DNA of 42,451 nucleotides from a virus (lineage: Duplodnaviria > Caudoviricetes), in the IMG/VR virus record IMGVR_UViG_3300005259_000079, positions 1 through 42,451 of that record; one strand, given 5' to 3'. The number at the start of each line of letters is the position of its first letter. Positions within the stretch are counted from its first letter, which is position 1. The notes under the pieces were generated by a model, which ran no database searches, was not told the origin of the DNA, and saw nothing but the letters and a program-made list of their open reading frames with translations. Made by a program: the position numbers and the translations under genes. This document shows positions 33,611-42,451 of this stretch, one piece after another.

Positions 33611-35257
33611 ATGCCGGACATGAAATTATTCCTGGAACTGATTGCCAAATCGGAGCGCTTCCAGAGCGGAGTACAGGCGGGAGAAAATGCGCTTAAAGGA
33701 TTTCGCGGATTTGTCGGCAAAACAGCCCAGGATGTCGAATACCTGACCAAAAAAATCGGCGTCTTCGGCCAGGCTTCCGCCGCCTTGTCCTCCGGCCTCG
33801 TGTTGAAAAAACTCTTTTCCCTGGAAGACTGGAAGCCCATTGACGATGCGCTCTTGCGCACACAGGTCAACCTCAAGGCCACAGGCGACCAGATGGACGC
33901 CTTCAAAAAGAAAATCGCAGGCATCGCAGGCGAAACCGGTCTGGATCAGGGCGAGGCATTCCAGTCCGCCTACAAATTGTCGTTTGCCTTTAACCCGGAC
34001 GAAATAGAAACGATCATGAAAGCATCGGAAAAAGCCGCCAATGCCATGAAAGCGCCTTACGATGCAGTTCAGGACCGCATTGTCCAGATCATGAAGCTAA
34101 ACAGGCTGTCGGCAAAAGACGTCGGTGGAATATCCGATGCATTAATTGCGTCCAAACTGGACGTGGAATCTCTGGATATCGTCTTGCAGCGCCTGGCGCT
34201 GCGCGGCGGTACGGCCAAAGATTACACGCAAACCCTGGGCATGCTGCTGGGGATGAAAAAAGGCGGCATTACCAGCGGCCGCAGCGTCGTGCAACTCAAC
34301 GAAGTACTGGGCGGCATCGAAAACAAAGCCCAGATCCTTGAAAAAAGCGGCATCAAGGTTCGTAACGTCAAAAAGGACGGCACGGTCGAGTGGCGCGATC
34401 AACTCGCAGTCCTCAAGGATCTGGAGGCCTATATTAAGCGGTGGGAAAAAAGCACCCCCGCCACTGTCATCGATGAGCGACTCAATCGTTTATTTGGCGA
34501 CGGCGCGCGTCAGAAACTGAATTTTATCTTTTCTCAGACGGAAAACTTCAAAAAAGGCATGGATGACATGGCCAATGCCTCCGTCATTGCCGCACAACGG
34601 TCCGCCGCCGCCGAACAGACCTGGGAAAAGCAGTTAAGCAAGATTAAAAGCACGCTCAGCAGCATCAAAACCGATTTCAGTTTCATTTACGACCTGGCCA
34701 AAAAACCGGTCAAATTCCTGGCAGATTCGCCGCATCTTACCAAAGCCGCCGGTTACACTGCCGCAGGATTATCGATGGCTGTGCTGGCCGCCCTGGGCGC
34801 TTCCAAAGCCCATGAAATATTCAAAGGTCTGGGAAAGACCGGCGTGGGCATCGCCAGTGGAAAAGCCATCGAAGCCGCAACGGGTGTCACGCCCGTATAT
34901 ATTACGAACTGGCCTGCTGGAATTCTGGGACCAGGAACGTTACCCGGCCCGGCAGGTAAACTGGCCACGGCGGCAAAATGGGCTGCAGGCGCATCCGGCT
35001 CTTTTGCAGTAGGATGGGGTATCGGATCTCTGATGAATGACGGTGTCAATAACTTCACCAGCATGATGACGAACGGCGCATACAAAGGCGAAGGGGCTCT
35101 GGGCGAATTACTTTATGATTATGTCCACGGTTCGATGAAAGAAATTAAAAATGAAATCAAAATAGATCTGAAAGTTGATGCATTCGGGCGCATTATATCC
35201 CAGTCCGATGATCCCAATACCAGTTTAGCCCTGACCATGTATAGGGGAACATTCTAA
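33611..35257 (+). CDS. Tail tape measure protein
   Basis: Ala/Gly/Lys-rich helical protein; GVTPVYITNWP motif of Mu-like TMPs; position. Confidence 0.88.
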   Translation: MPDMKLFLELIAKSERFQSGVQAGENALKGFRGFVGKTAQDVEYLTKKIGVFGQASAALSSGLVLKKLFSLEDWKPIDDALLRTQVNLKATGDQMDAFKKKIAGIAGETGLDQGEAFQSAYKLSFAFNPDEIETIMKASEKAANAMKAPYDAVQDRIVQIMKLNRLSAKDVGGISDALIASKLDVESLDIVLQRLALRGGTAKDYTQTLGMLLGMKKGGITSGRSVVQLNEVLGGIENKAQILEKSGIKVRNVKKDGTVEWRDQLAVLKDLEAYIKRWEKSTPATVIDERLNRLFGDGARQKLNFIFSQTENFKKGMDDMANASVIAAQRSAAAEQTWEKQLSKIKSTLSSIKTDFSFIYDLAKKPVKFLADSPHLTKAAGYTAAGLSMAVLAALGASKAHEIFKGLGKTGVGIASGKAIEAATGVTPVYITNWPAGILGPGTLPGPAGKLATAAKWAAGASGSFAVGWGIGSLMNDGVNNFTSMMTNGAYKGEGALGELLYDYVHGSMKEIKNEIKIDLKVDAFGRIISQSDDPNTSLALTMYRGTF

Positions 35258-36564
35258 TGCCGGCACTTAACTTCGACAAATCTATGCTCCAGACCGACGA
35301 AGGACTCCTGGACAACATCATCATCGAAATGGAAACCATCGATGACACCTGGGAAAAATCCATCGCTAAATATGATTATCCCTATGCAGACGGCGTGGAT
35401 ACCGAAGACATGGGCATCAAGTCCCACGGTATTCGCTTCCGCTGTTATTTTTACGATAACGAGGCCAACCAGAGCTATGATACCCATTCTTTACTATTAA
35501 AAAACCTCGAATCCAGAAATAATCATGATTTCGTCCATCCCAAATACGGGATGATTAAAGGCAAAATCGAAACCATCGTCGTGCAGCATAACGACGACAT
35601 CCGCAAAGCTATCATCGACCTGACCTTCATCGAAGACGGCTATCGTGCCGTCGACGTGCAGCCGCCGGCGAATGTCGCATCCGCCCTGGCAGATGCCTAC
35701 CAGTCAGCGCAAGACCAGCAGCAAAGCGCCTTTGCTGCGGCCTTAAAATCCATCGGCATCGATCCGGCTGCAGTATCCCAGACGCTCGATAAAGGCAAAA
35801 CCATGCTTGAGCAGGCCCAGAATTATGCGGCAAAAACGCGCACCATCGTGGCTCAGGTTGAAAAATATATCGCCACAGGCGAATCCATCGTGGCTCAGAT
35901 AGAAAGCCCGTTAAACTCCCTGCAGGCGACCATCACTTACGGCTCCACCATATCCGGCCGCGTCGTAGGCGGGCTCTCCGGAATCCTGGAAAAAGTCGCC
36001 CGCACCTGCGATTCGCTCAAGAACGCGCCCGCCCTCTACATCAACAAACTTAATGCCGAACTGGACGGCCTGACGCAATCATTTGCCGATATGAATAAAA
36101 GCGCCACATCGGCGGTCGCAACTGCCGCAGGCGACGTGATGCTGGACCATCTGCTCATCACCGGCGCTCAGCGGCTCGCGCTGGAGGCGGCCGATATTTA
36201 TTCGGCGGATAACGAAGCTGCAAACGATACAAGCGGCGATACGGACGTCCAGCCTATGAATATTGATGAACTGGAAGCTACGCTGGCCGTTGTGAGAACC
36301 CGCCTGGAGGCGGCCATAAACATATCCCGCGACATGGACAGCCTCAAAAAAATGGCCGAATCCCTGCTGGTTTATGTCAATACCGTCCGCCTGGAGCGCG
36401 AGGCCATGACCACCGTTACACTCGACAACCCCATGCCGTTGCACCTGGTGTGCCTGAAATACGGCCTCCCGATCAGCGACGCAAAGCGTCTGGTCAGAAT
36501 CAATCGCATTTCAAACCCCAATTACGCATCCGGAGAGATTAAAATCTATGTCCGACAAAGTTGA
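35257..36564 (+). CDS. DNA circularisation protein, Mu gpN (gp43)-like
   Basis: YDYPY.DG...EDMG, F.HP.YG...G.I, L.F.E; C-terminal PL.L....YG....A..L..IN.I.NPN. Confidence 0.9.
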   Translation: MPALNFDKSMLQTDEGLLDNIIIEMETIDDTWEKSIAKYDYPYADGVDTEDMGIKSHGIRFRCYFYDNEANQSYDTHSLLLKNLESRNNHDFVHPKYGMIKGKIETIVVQHNDDIRKAIIDLTFIEDGYRAVDVQPPANVASALADAYQSAQDQQQSAFAAALKSIGIDPAAVSQTLDKGKTMLEQAQNYAAKTRTIVAQVEKYIATGESIVAQIESPLNSLQATITYGSTISGRVVGGLSGILEKVARTCDSLKNAPALYINKLNAELDGLTQSFADMNKSATSAVATAAGDVMLDHLLITGAQRLALEAADIYSADNEAANDTSGDTDVQPMNIDELEATLAVVRTRLEAAINISRDMDSLKKMAESLLVYVNTVRLEREAMTTVTLDNPMPLHLVCLKYGLPISDAKRLVRINRISNPNYASGEIKIYVRQS

Positions 36565-37603
36565 ATTAAAAGTTGACGGCCAGGTCATCACCCATTTTAC
36601 GAGCTACCGCATCGATGCGGATCTGTATACGCCGGCGGATGCCTTTCACCTGGAGCTATCGAACCCGGAAACGGACGTGAAACCCGGCAAACTCTGCGAG
36701 ATTCTCATCAACGGGCAAAAAGAACTCACCGGCGTCATCGATAAAATCAACCGCAAAGTGACAAAAAACGGCGTCACCCTGTCCGTAGAAGGCAGAGACT
36801 TCATGGGCCTCCTGCTGGATTCGTATTGCGATACGCCCATGACAATAAAAAACATGAAACTACAGACACTGGCGGAAAAGCTTCTCGCCAAAGTCCCGTT
36901 TATCAAAGTAGATGATATCAGGTATCAGGAAAATGTGGTCGGAAAACTCAAGAGTAAGACCAGTCAGACCGGTTTCTTGTCTGGTCTGGATATCACTCAT
37001 AAAAAAGGCCAGATCGAATGGGGTATGACAATATTCGAAGTATTGAAAAATTATGCATTAAGTCGTGGAATGTTATTTTATTGCAATCCGGACGGTATCC
37101 TTGTTTTCGGACGTCCGATGGCGACAGGCGCGCCGGAATATTCTGTGACAATGCTTAAAAACGGCAGGGGCAATAACGTCATCGAGTCGGATTATACCCA
37201 TGACATCTCCCATCAATATTCGAAAATTATTATCATTGGTCAACAACAGGGTGCGGAAACAGTAGCATTGGCATCCATAAACAAGAGGACAGAAAGAACC
37301 ATAAACGACTTTCCGTTTTATAAACCGTTCGTGTCAATTGATAACAACGACAACGTGTCACAGGAAGAAAGGGCTCGATTAATAGCAGAAAAACAGCATC
37401 GAGATGCAAAAAAAATGTCTTACATGGTTGGCAGGCATAATCAGAATAATAAAAATTGGAAAATCAACAAATTCTGCCGGGTAAAAGATGAGGTGCAGAA
37501 CATCGACGGTGAATACCTGATTTATGGAAGAATATTTGAGCTTAACAAGCAGAGCGGACCTACAACCAGAATAAGAATTGGAGAACCTGGAGAAATTGCA
37601 TGA
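36548..37603 (+). CDS. Baseplate hub, Mu gpP (gp44)-like
   Basis: V.L.V.G.....F.SY.IDADL..PADAF.L, G.ID, GRD..G.L.D. Confidence 0.9.
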   Translation: MSDKVELKVDGQVITHFTSYRIDADLYTPADAFHLELSNPETDVKPGKLCEILINGQKELTGVIDKINRKVTKNGVTLSVEGRDFMGLLLDSYCDTPMTIKNMKLQTLAEKLLAKVPFIKVDDIRYQENVVGKLKSKTSQTGFLSGLDITHKKGQIEWGMTIFEVLKNYALSRGMLFYCNPDGILVFGRPMATGAPEYSVTMLKNGRGNNVIESDYTHDISHQYSKIIIIGQQQGAETVALASINKRTERTINDFPFYKPFVSIDNNDNVSQEERARLIAEKQHRDAKKMSYMVGRHNQNNKNWKINKFCRVKDEVQNIDGEYLIYGRIFELNKQSGPTTRIRIGEPGEIA

Positions 37604-38238
37604 CTGGAATATTTAGAGGTATTATCAACACCATCCAGGAAGGATTTATTAAAATATTTTCATCATTCGGGAGGATAGATGAACCATTTGATGATGGTGA
37701 ATATTTTCAGCATTATGGATTTACATCCAGGCCTTTACCAGGCGGTGAGCTTATATTTATAAGCAGTGGAAATAATTATTTCGGCATCGCCTCCGACGAC
37801 CGCCGTTATCGCCTGCAGGTGGAAAATGGCGAGGTCGCCCTCTATACAGATGAAGGTGACAAGGTCCATTTTAAGCGTAATAAAACCATCGAAATCGTTT
37901 GCGGCAACAAGCTTACAGCCACCGTGGAAAACGAAGTCGATGTGACCACCAAAGTGGCCAAAGTCACGGCATCAACAAGCTGCGAAATCGACAGCCCGCA
38001 GGTCACCATCAATGCTTCGGCAAGTTGCGGTGTAACCAGTCCGGCAGTGACGATCAATGCCTCCGGATCATGCATTATCAATAGCCCGTCTGTATTGCTG
38101 GGCGCAGGCGCAACGCGCTCAGTGGTCGACGAACGCATGTTGGCAGCCTATAATAACCACACGCACCCGCCGGGCGGCGTCCCGTCGCCGCAATTGAGTA
38201 TGGCCAGTCATTGCACCAGCATAACAAAGGCGATGTAG
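37600..38238 (+). CDS. Baseplate spike, Mu gp45-like
   Basis: E.FQHYGFTSRP..G, DDRRYR.....GEVALY...G; C-terminal YN.HTH metal-binding tip. Confidence 0.92.
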   Translation: MTGIFRGIINTIQEGFIKIFSSFGRIDEPFDDGEYFQHYGFTSRPLPGGELIFISSGNNYFGIASDDRRYRLQVENGEVALYTDEGDKVHFKRNKTIEIVCGNKLTATVENEVDVTTKVAKVTASTSCEIDSPQVTINASASCGVTSPAVTINASGSCIINSPSVLLGAGATRSVVDERMLAAYNNHTHPPGGVPSPQLSMASHCTSITKAM

Positions 38239-38242
38239 TATT

Positions 38243-38278
38243 ATCCCCCTTTTCTAAAGGGGGAATGAGGGGGATTTT
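38243..38278. repeat. CCCCCTTT..AAAGGGGG-NNN-GAGGGGGATTT element, copy 2
   Basis: Direct inspection; supplies the only SD-like sequence for the gene at 38281. Confidence 0.75.
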
Positions 38279-38280
38279 AA

Positions 38281-38652
38281 ATGGATTTCGCAATCAACAT
38301 AGACAACCAAACCGGCACAGGTCAGATGACCTTCGAAAAAGCTACAACCATCATGAACAACATATACCTGTCCCTGATGATCCGGCGCGGTTCGTTCTTC
38401 GCCGACCCGGCATTCGGTAGCCGACTGCATTTACTCGAGCGGGAAAAAAACACCGACCGAACCGCCCAGCTTGCGGTAGGCTATGCCAAAGAAGCCCTGC
38501 AGTGGCTGATCGACACCGGGAAAGCAACCGCCGTCGACGTCTATGCCGAACGCGACAAAACGCAAAATATTAATCGGCTGAAACTGTTGGTCGAGGTCAC
38601 ACAGAAAAACGGTGAGCGCGTGCCCTATTCAACATTTATCAAGGTGATCTAA
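38281..38652 (+). CDS. Baseplate wedge, Mu gp46-like
   Basis: GSRLHLL.REK......A..YA.EALQWL.D.G.A. Confidence 0.92.
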   Translation: MDFAINIDNQTGTGQMTFEKATTIMNNIYLSLMIRRGSFFADPAFGSRLHLLEREKNTDRTAQLAVGYAKEALQWLIDTGKATAVDVYAERDKTQNINRLKLLVEVTQKNGERVPYSTFIKVI

Positions 38653-38654
38653 AC

Positions 38655-38689
38655 CTTCCCCCTTTTTAAAGGGGGATCGAGGGGGATTT
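38655..38689. repeat. CCCCCTTT..AAAGGGGG-NNN-GAGGGGGATTT element, copy 3
   Basis: Direct inspection; abuts the start at 38697. Confidence 0.75.
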
Positions 38690-38696
38690 GATTTAA

Positions 38697-39683
38697 ATGG
38701 ACTTTCTGAAAGACTTTGAAGCGCTTCTTGCGGCAATATTAACCGACTACCGCAACCAGTACCCGGACACCGACCTGTCCGAAGGCTCATTAATATACAT
38801 CAAAAGCGCCTGCCTGGCGTCAGCGCTCTGGGGCTTGTATAAGTATCAGGACTGGATTGCCCGCCAGATCTTCCCGGATACGGCAGACACAGCACAGCTC
38901 GAACATCATGCCTGGCTGTATGAAATCACCCGCAAAACAGCCGAGACCGATTCCGATCTGCTTACGCGCGTCCTGGAATATATGCGCAATCCGCCTGCAG
39001 GCGGTAATAAGCTCGACTATGAACGATGGGCAGAAACGATCAATGGCGTCGATCAGGCATTCTGCATTCCTCTGGGGCAGGGATTATGCAGTGTGGATGT
39101 CATCGTAATCGCTAGTCAGGATTATACCGGCTCCGAAATACCGTCATCACACGCTATATCAGGCACCGCCACGTCATTAACCGAATCCAAGCTGATCGAC
39201 AGTGCCGCTAACTATACAGGCAGTCTGCCCGTGCGTAAGGGCGATATCGTCATCAATAATGATCTGGGCACACAGGCGACGGTCACTGCGGTTGATTCCG
39301 CTAATCAGTTATCCCTGGATGCTGATATATTATCCGGCATCGGGCAGTCATATACCATTAAATCGTTGATCAGGCAGGTGCGCGACTATATCGAGACAGT
39401 GCGGCCCGTGGGTGCATCGCTATTACGTGTATTACCGCCCGTTGTGCTTACACAGGCAGTGACGATATCCGTTGCAGGCACGGGGATCAATAAAAGCGCT
39501 CTGAGCGCACAAATCAGCGCTTATATCGGCAGCCTCAACCCTGGAGATACCCTGTACATAAGCCGCCTCATATCCATTGTCATAGAGGCAGGCGCAACCA
39601 ACGCCGTGATCTGTATCCCGACAGCGGATGTCACGGTGAACTCGTACACCATGATGCGGCCTGGTGCTGTCAATATATTATGA
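38697..39683 (+). CDS. Baseplate J-like protein, Mu gp47-like
   Basis: WIARQIFPDTAD...LE.HA, ETD..L..R....R.PP.GGN..DY..WA, V..YI...RPV.A. Confidence 0.9.
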   Translation: MDFLKDFEALLAAILTDYRNQYPDTDLSEGSLIYIKSACLASALWGLYKYQDWIARQIFPDTADTAQLEHHAWLYEITRKTAETDSDLLTRVLEYMRNPPAGGNKLDYERWAETINGVDQAFCIPLGQGLCSVDVIVIASQDYTGSEIPSSHAISGTATSLTESKLIDSAANYTGSLPVRKGDIVINNDLGTQATVTAVDSANQLSLDADILSGIGQSYTIKSLIRQVRDYIETVRPVGASLLRVLPPVVLTQAVTISVAGTGINKSALSAQISAYIGSLNPGDTLYISRLISIVIEAGATNAVICIPTADVTVNSYTMMRPGAVNIL

Positions 39684-39691
39684 GGTGCATT

Positions 39692-40234
39692 ATGAATCAC
39701 GCAGATGTATTACGCCTCTTATTTCCGATTGAATTAGACGGCAATTATAATGCTGATATCGCTATTGAGGGGACACATCTGGATAAAGTGGAAGCATCCG
39801 CACTGGAGTTATTGCGAGAAATGTATCCGGACACGGCAGCACGATGCATTTCCTCCTGGGAACGCGTCTATGGCATTTCGCCCGCCAGCGATACTGTATT
39901 ATCCGCCCGCCGCGATGCGGTCGTCGTCGCCCGCCGCGCAAGAGGCGGCCAAAGCAAAGCCTATTATATCGGCCTTGCAGCGGCAATGGGCTGGACAATC
40001 ACCATAACAGAATTACAGCCTTATACGGTTGACAGTCCGTGTGATGCGACTCTGTACGATCAAATAATCCTCAGCGTCTGGGTGGTTAATATGCCATCTG
40101 CGCCGATCTATTCATTCACAGTCGATTCTCCGGTGGATGAACCACTGTCATGGTGGCCAACACAATCAGATATAGAAAATATGATCAGAAAATTAAAACC
40201 GGCACACACATATGTAATATTTAACTATAGTTAG
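39692..40234 (+). CDS. Mu gp48-like (DUF2313/YmfQ) tail protein
   Basis: LL.E..PDTA.....WER..G, GGQS..YYI.LA...G..I.I.E, KPAHT.V.F.Y. Confidence 0.9.
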   Translation: MNHADVLRLLFPIELDGNYNADIAIEGTHLDKVEASALELLREMYPDTAARCISSWERVYGISPASDTVLSARRDAVVVARRARGGQSKAYYIGLAAAMGWTITITELQPYTVDSPCDATLYDQIILSVWVVNMPSAPIYSFTVDSPVDEPLSWWPTQSDIENMIRKLKPAHTYVIFNYS

Positions 40235-40246
40235 GAGGATAGACAA

Positions 40247-40999
40247 ATGTCGAAACGTACATTCAACAGTGGAAATCCAGCCACCAACACAGTAGGCACT
40301 ATACCCGGCGCAGACTGGTTCAATGAGGTTAATAATCAGCGTCATGATGGTCTGGATGTAGACGGCCACGGCGCTCTGGATTATGCGATATCGACCGGAA
40401 CCAATACCGCATATGTGCTGAGTCTCCCGAAGCCTCTGACTGCCCACATACCTGGCATGCCAATCAGTTGGAAGGCCCACGTAGCTAACGGCGGTGCAGC
40501 AACAATCAATATCGATGGAATGGTTGCGATATCACTTAAGCGTCCCGATGGATCGGCTCTGAAGGCAGGCGACATACCATCCGGGGCGATCGTTACGATG
40601 CGATTTGACGGTACGTATTATCAGGTCACAAGCTGCAATAGCATCAATGTGTCCGATGTCACCGCCTTATTTCCGTCATCGCTGAACACGCAGGCCTATA
40701 CCACATCAGGCGGCTTCAAGCGCATACCTGATCCCAATAGCCCTACAGGCTTTATCATACATCAATGGATGTCCGGCACGTTCATGGCCAGCGGAGCACA
40801 AACATTACAAGCATCGTATCCCATCGTGTTCCCGAATTGTATCATGTACATAGGCGCATGCAACAATGAAAATCTGAATAATAACGATGCACCTGTGCAG
40901 TGGAGACCTAATCTTACAACGCTGTCACAGATTGGGTTATACTGTGCCAACGCCATCGCGACAAACACGGGATGGTCTGTTTTTGCAATCGGCTACTAA
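40247..40999 (+). CDS. Short tail fibre protein
   Basis: GNPA....GT...ADW.N.V N-terminus; N.GA.T.N.DG domain; G..R.P..GFI.QW....PI.FPN...W.V.AIGY tip domain. Confidence 0.85.
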   Translation: MSKRTFNSGNPATNTVGTIPGADWFNEVNNQRHDGLDVDGHGALDYAISTGTNTAYVLSLPKPLTAHIPGMPISWKAHVANGGAATINIDGMVAISLKRPDGSALKAGDIPSGAIVTMRFDGTYYQVTSCNSINVSDVTALFPSSLNTQAYTTSGGFKRIPDPNSPTGFIIHQWMSGTFMASGAQTLQASYPIVFPNCIMYIGACNNENLNNNDAPVQWRPNLTTLSQIGLYCANAIATNTGWSVFAIGY

Positions 41000-41022
41000 T
41001 ACTAAAAATAAGGAGACAATAA

Positions 41023-41520
41023 ATGTTATATTATTCCCCATCATCTAAAGGATTTTACGACGACGCAATACACGGCAATATGCCCGATGATAAAGTGCCA
41101 TTAACGAATGAAAAATACCGCTATCTGCTGGAAGGCCAAGCTACAGGACGCATTATATGCATGGATCAAGAAGGAAAGCCCTCATTGAGCGATGTCTGCC
41201 CCAGCCCTGATCATCGATGGACCGGAAACGCATGGGTATTGGATAAGGCAGCTCAAAAAAAGCGCCTGATCGACATAATTCAGCTCCACATGGATTCTAA
41301 AGCACAGGCCTATGGATATGATCACATTTTATCAGCATCAAGCTATGCGCAAAGCAGCGTGGATAAATGGCATTCTGAAGGCACTGCATTCAAGCAGTGG
41401 CGTGATGACGTATGGGCATGTGGTCTAGCGTTGTTACAAGCCTATGAGGCTGGCACCAATACAATCAACTCAGAGGCAGAGCTGATAGCAGCGCTCCCGG
41501 CATTTCCGCTGGATGAATAG
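41023..41520 (+). CDS. Tail fibre assembly chaperone
   Basis: YYS.S..GFY...IHG..P.D...LL.GQ..G..I..D..G.P.L; A...GYD.I.SA.SYA...EG.AF..WRD.VW. Confidence 0.85.
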   Translation: MLYYSPSSKGFYDDAIHGNMPDDKVPLTNEKYRYLLEGQATGRIICMDQEGKPSLSDVCPSPDHRWTGNAWVLDKAAQKKRLIDIIQLHMDSKAQAYGYDHILSASSYAQSSVDKWHSEGTAFKQWRDDVWACGLALLQAYEAGTNTINSEAELIAALPAFPLDE

Positions 41521-41547
41521 ATTTAGCGACAAAATATCCGCTTAAAG

Positions 41548-41641
41548 AAGGCGGACGGCAATCCTGGGAGTTGGCGCTCCCAGAACCAGGCGATAACACC
41601 GCCAGACGGGTAAACCCGCTACCATCCGCCCCATAACGTGA
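41548..41641 (-). ncRNA. Candidate cloverleaf small RNA antisense to the methylase leader
   Basis: 14-bp closing stem 41632-41619/41561-41548 is fully paired only on the minus strand (5 G-U); three inner hairpins. Confidence 0.65.
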
Positions 41642-41647
41642 CGGCGC

Positions 41648-41676
41648 TTTATAGCAGCGGGAGCCCCAAAAAGCAA
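41648..41676 (-). promoter_or_regulatory. Leftward sigma70 promoter for the cloverleaf RNA
   Basis: TTGCTT (41676-41671), 17 bp, TATAAA (41653-41648) with extended -10 TG. Confidence 0.65.
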
Positions 41677-41689
41677 TTACGGAGGAATA

Positions 41690-42451
41690 ATGAAAAGCTT
41701 TTTGTCGTATCTTGGTGGTAAATCGCTTCTGGTAAATAAAATCATACCGAAGATTCCAGCCCACACCTGCTACTGCGAAGTATTCGCGGGTGCTGCCTGG
41801 ATGCTCTTTAAAAAAGAACCATCGGAAGTCGAGATTATAAACGACATCAATACCGATCTGGTCACCCTGTATAGAGTCGTGAAGCATCACCTGGATGAGT
41901 TCGTCAGATATTTGCGCTGGATTCTCGTCGCACGCGATGAATTCGAAAGATTCAAGAAAGAGGATCCGGAAACTCTGACGGATATCCAGCGGGCGGTTCG
42001 CTTCTATTGTTTGCTGCGTATGGGGTATGCCAGTCGGATCAAAAATCCGACGATATCCATCTCTACCATGCGGCGCGCACATTTTAATTTACTGCGCATC
42101 GGGGAAGATCTATCGGAAGTGCATATGAGACTGAATCGGGTTTATATCGAAAACAAGCCCTATGCGAAAATCATTGAGCGTTATGACAAGCCGCACACGT
42201 TCTTCTATATCGATCCGCCCTACTATGGTTGTGAAGATTATTATGGCAAGGGAATATTCAGCAGAGAAGACTTTCAGGCCTTAAGGGATATTCTTGAAAC
42301 GACAAAAAGTAAATTCATTATGTCAATCAACGATGTCCCGGAAATTCGGAAGCTATATAAAGGATACAATATCGAATCGGTCTCCACGACCTATAATGTA
42401 GCCGGAGCGCAAAAAACGAAGGTCAAGGAACTGTTGATCATGAATTATTAA
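41690..42451 (+). CDS. DNA N6-adenine methyltransferase, Dam/D12 class, in the position of Mu mom
   Basis: YLGGKS, Y.EVF.G, E.INDIN.DL...Y, FFYIDPPY, KELLI.NY; SD GGAGG. Confidence 0.93.
   Translation: MKSFLSYLGGKSLLVNKIIPKIPAHTCYCEVFAGAAWMLFKKEPSEVEIINDINTDLVTLYRVVKHHLDEFVRYLRWILVARDEFERFKKEDPETLTDIQRAVRFYCLLRMGYASRIKNPTISISTMRRAHFNLLRIGEDLSEVHMRLNRVYIENKPYAKIIERYDKPHTFFYIDPPYYGCEDYYGKGIFSREDFQALRDILETTKSKFIMSINDVPEIRKLYKGYNIESVSTTYNVAGAQKTKVKELLIMNY

Larger units (their letters stand above)
3424..42451 (+). mobile_element. Mu-like transposable prophage (myovirus); right end lies beyond the window
   Basis: Ner, DDE transposase A, ATPase B, GemA, Gam, gp26-28, DUF935 portal, gpF, gpG, gp36-38, sheath, tube, gpN, gp44-48 in Mu order; 5'-TG end at the host junction. 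Confidence 0.96.

Noticed and set aside
30443-38689. CRISPR array from the recurring palindromes
   Set aside because: Copies are dispersed kilobases apart, not regularly spaced, and there are no cas genes.
40247-41520. Invertible G-segment / Gin system
   Set aside because: Single fibre and chaperone, no inverted second set, no invertase, no flanking inverted repeats seen.
41548-41632. tRNA gene
   Set aside because: Cloverleaf-like, but no 7-bp acceptor geometry, 7-nt anticodon loop, TTC T-loop or CCA; the same applies to 23078-23190.
41643-41651. GGCGCTTTA shared with the late-leader hairpin at 15600-15608 as a second Com site
   Set aside because: Only 9 nt, the complementary arm is missing, and it overlaps the antisense -10 box; could be chance.

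Overview
Two intact host genes (a secreted PL9-like beta-helix lyase and an NADPH:quinone oxidoreductase) and the 3' fragment of a ThDP-dependent enzyme gene are followed by a nearly complete Mu-like (transposable) myovirus prophage. The prophage starts with TG at 3424, inside the ThDP-enzyme gene, and runs off the right edge after a Dam/D12-type methylase. Gene order is morons, repressor | ner, A, B, gemA, gam, early accessory genes, com-like zinc ribbon | a moron with a C4-like leader | lysis, terminase, head, an accessory virion cassette, contractile tail, baseplate, fibre, methylase. No Mor/C activator, gin or mom is recognisable. The most interesting observations are: (1) portal, MuF and a PBECR-type nuclease are one 907-aa ORF with an A9 slippery run at the portal/MuF junction, followed by an F-x-E motif that recurs eight times in the protease/scaffold; (2) where a protein immunity gene would be expected there is instead a ~113-nt multi-hairpin RNA with its own antisense sigma70 promoter; (3) the late operon is gated by a long intrinsic terminator overlapped by a small Com-type hairpin, suggesting the Com-like protein is a late antiterminator; (4) a second promoter-plus-cloverleaf antisense RNA precedes the methylase; (5) host-type REP-like palindromes sit at many late gene junctions and in frame in two genes. 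All family assignments come from motif recognition and synteny, not database searches, and RNA folds were paired by eye.
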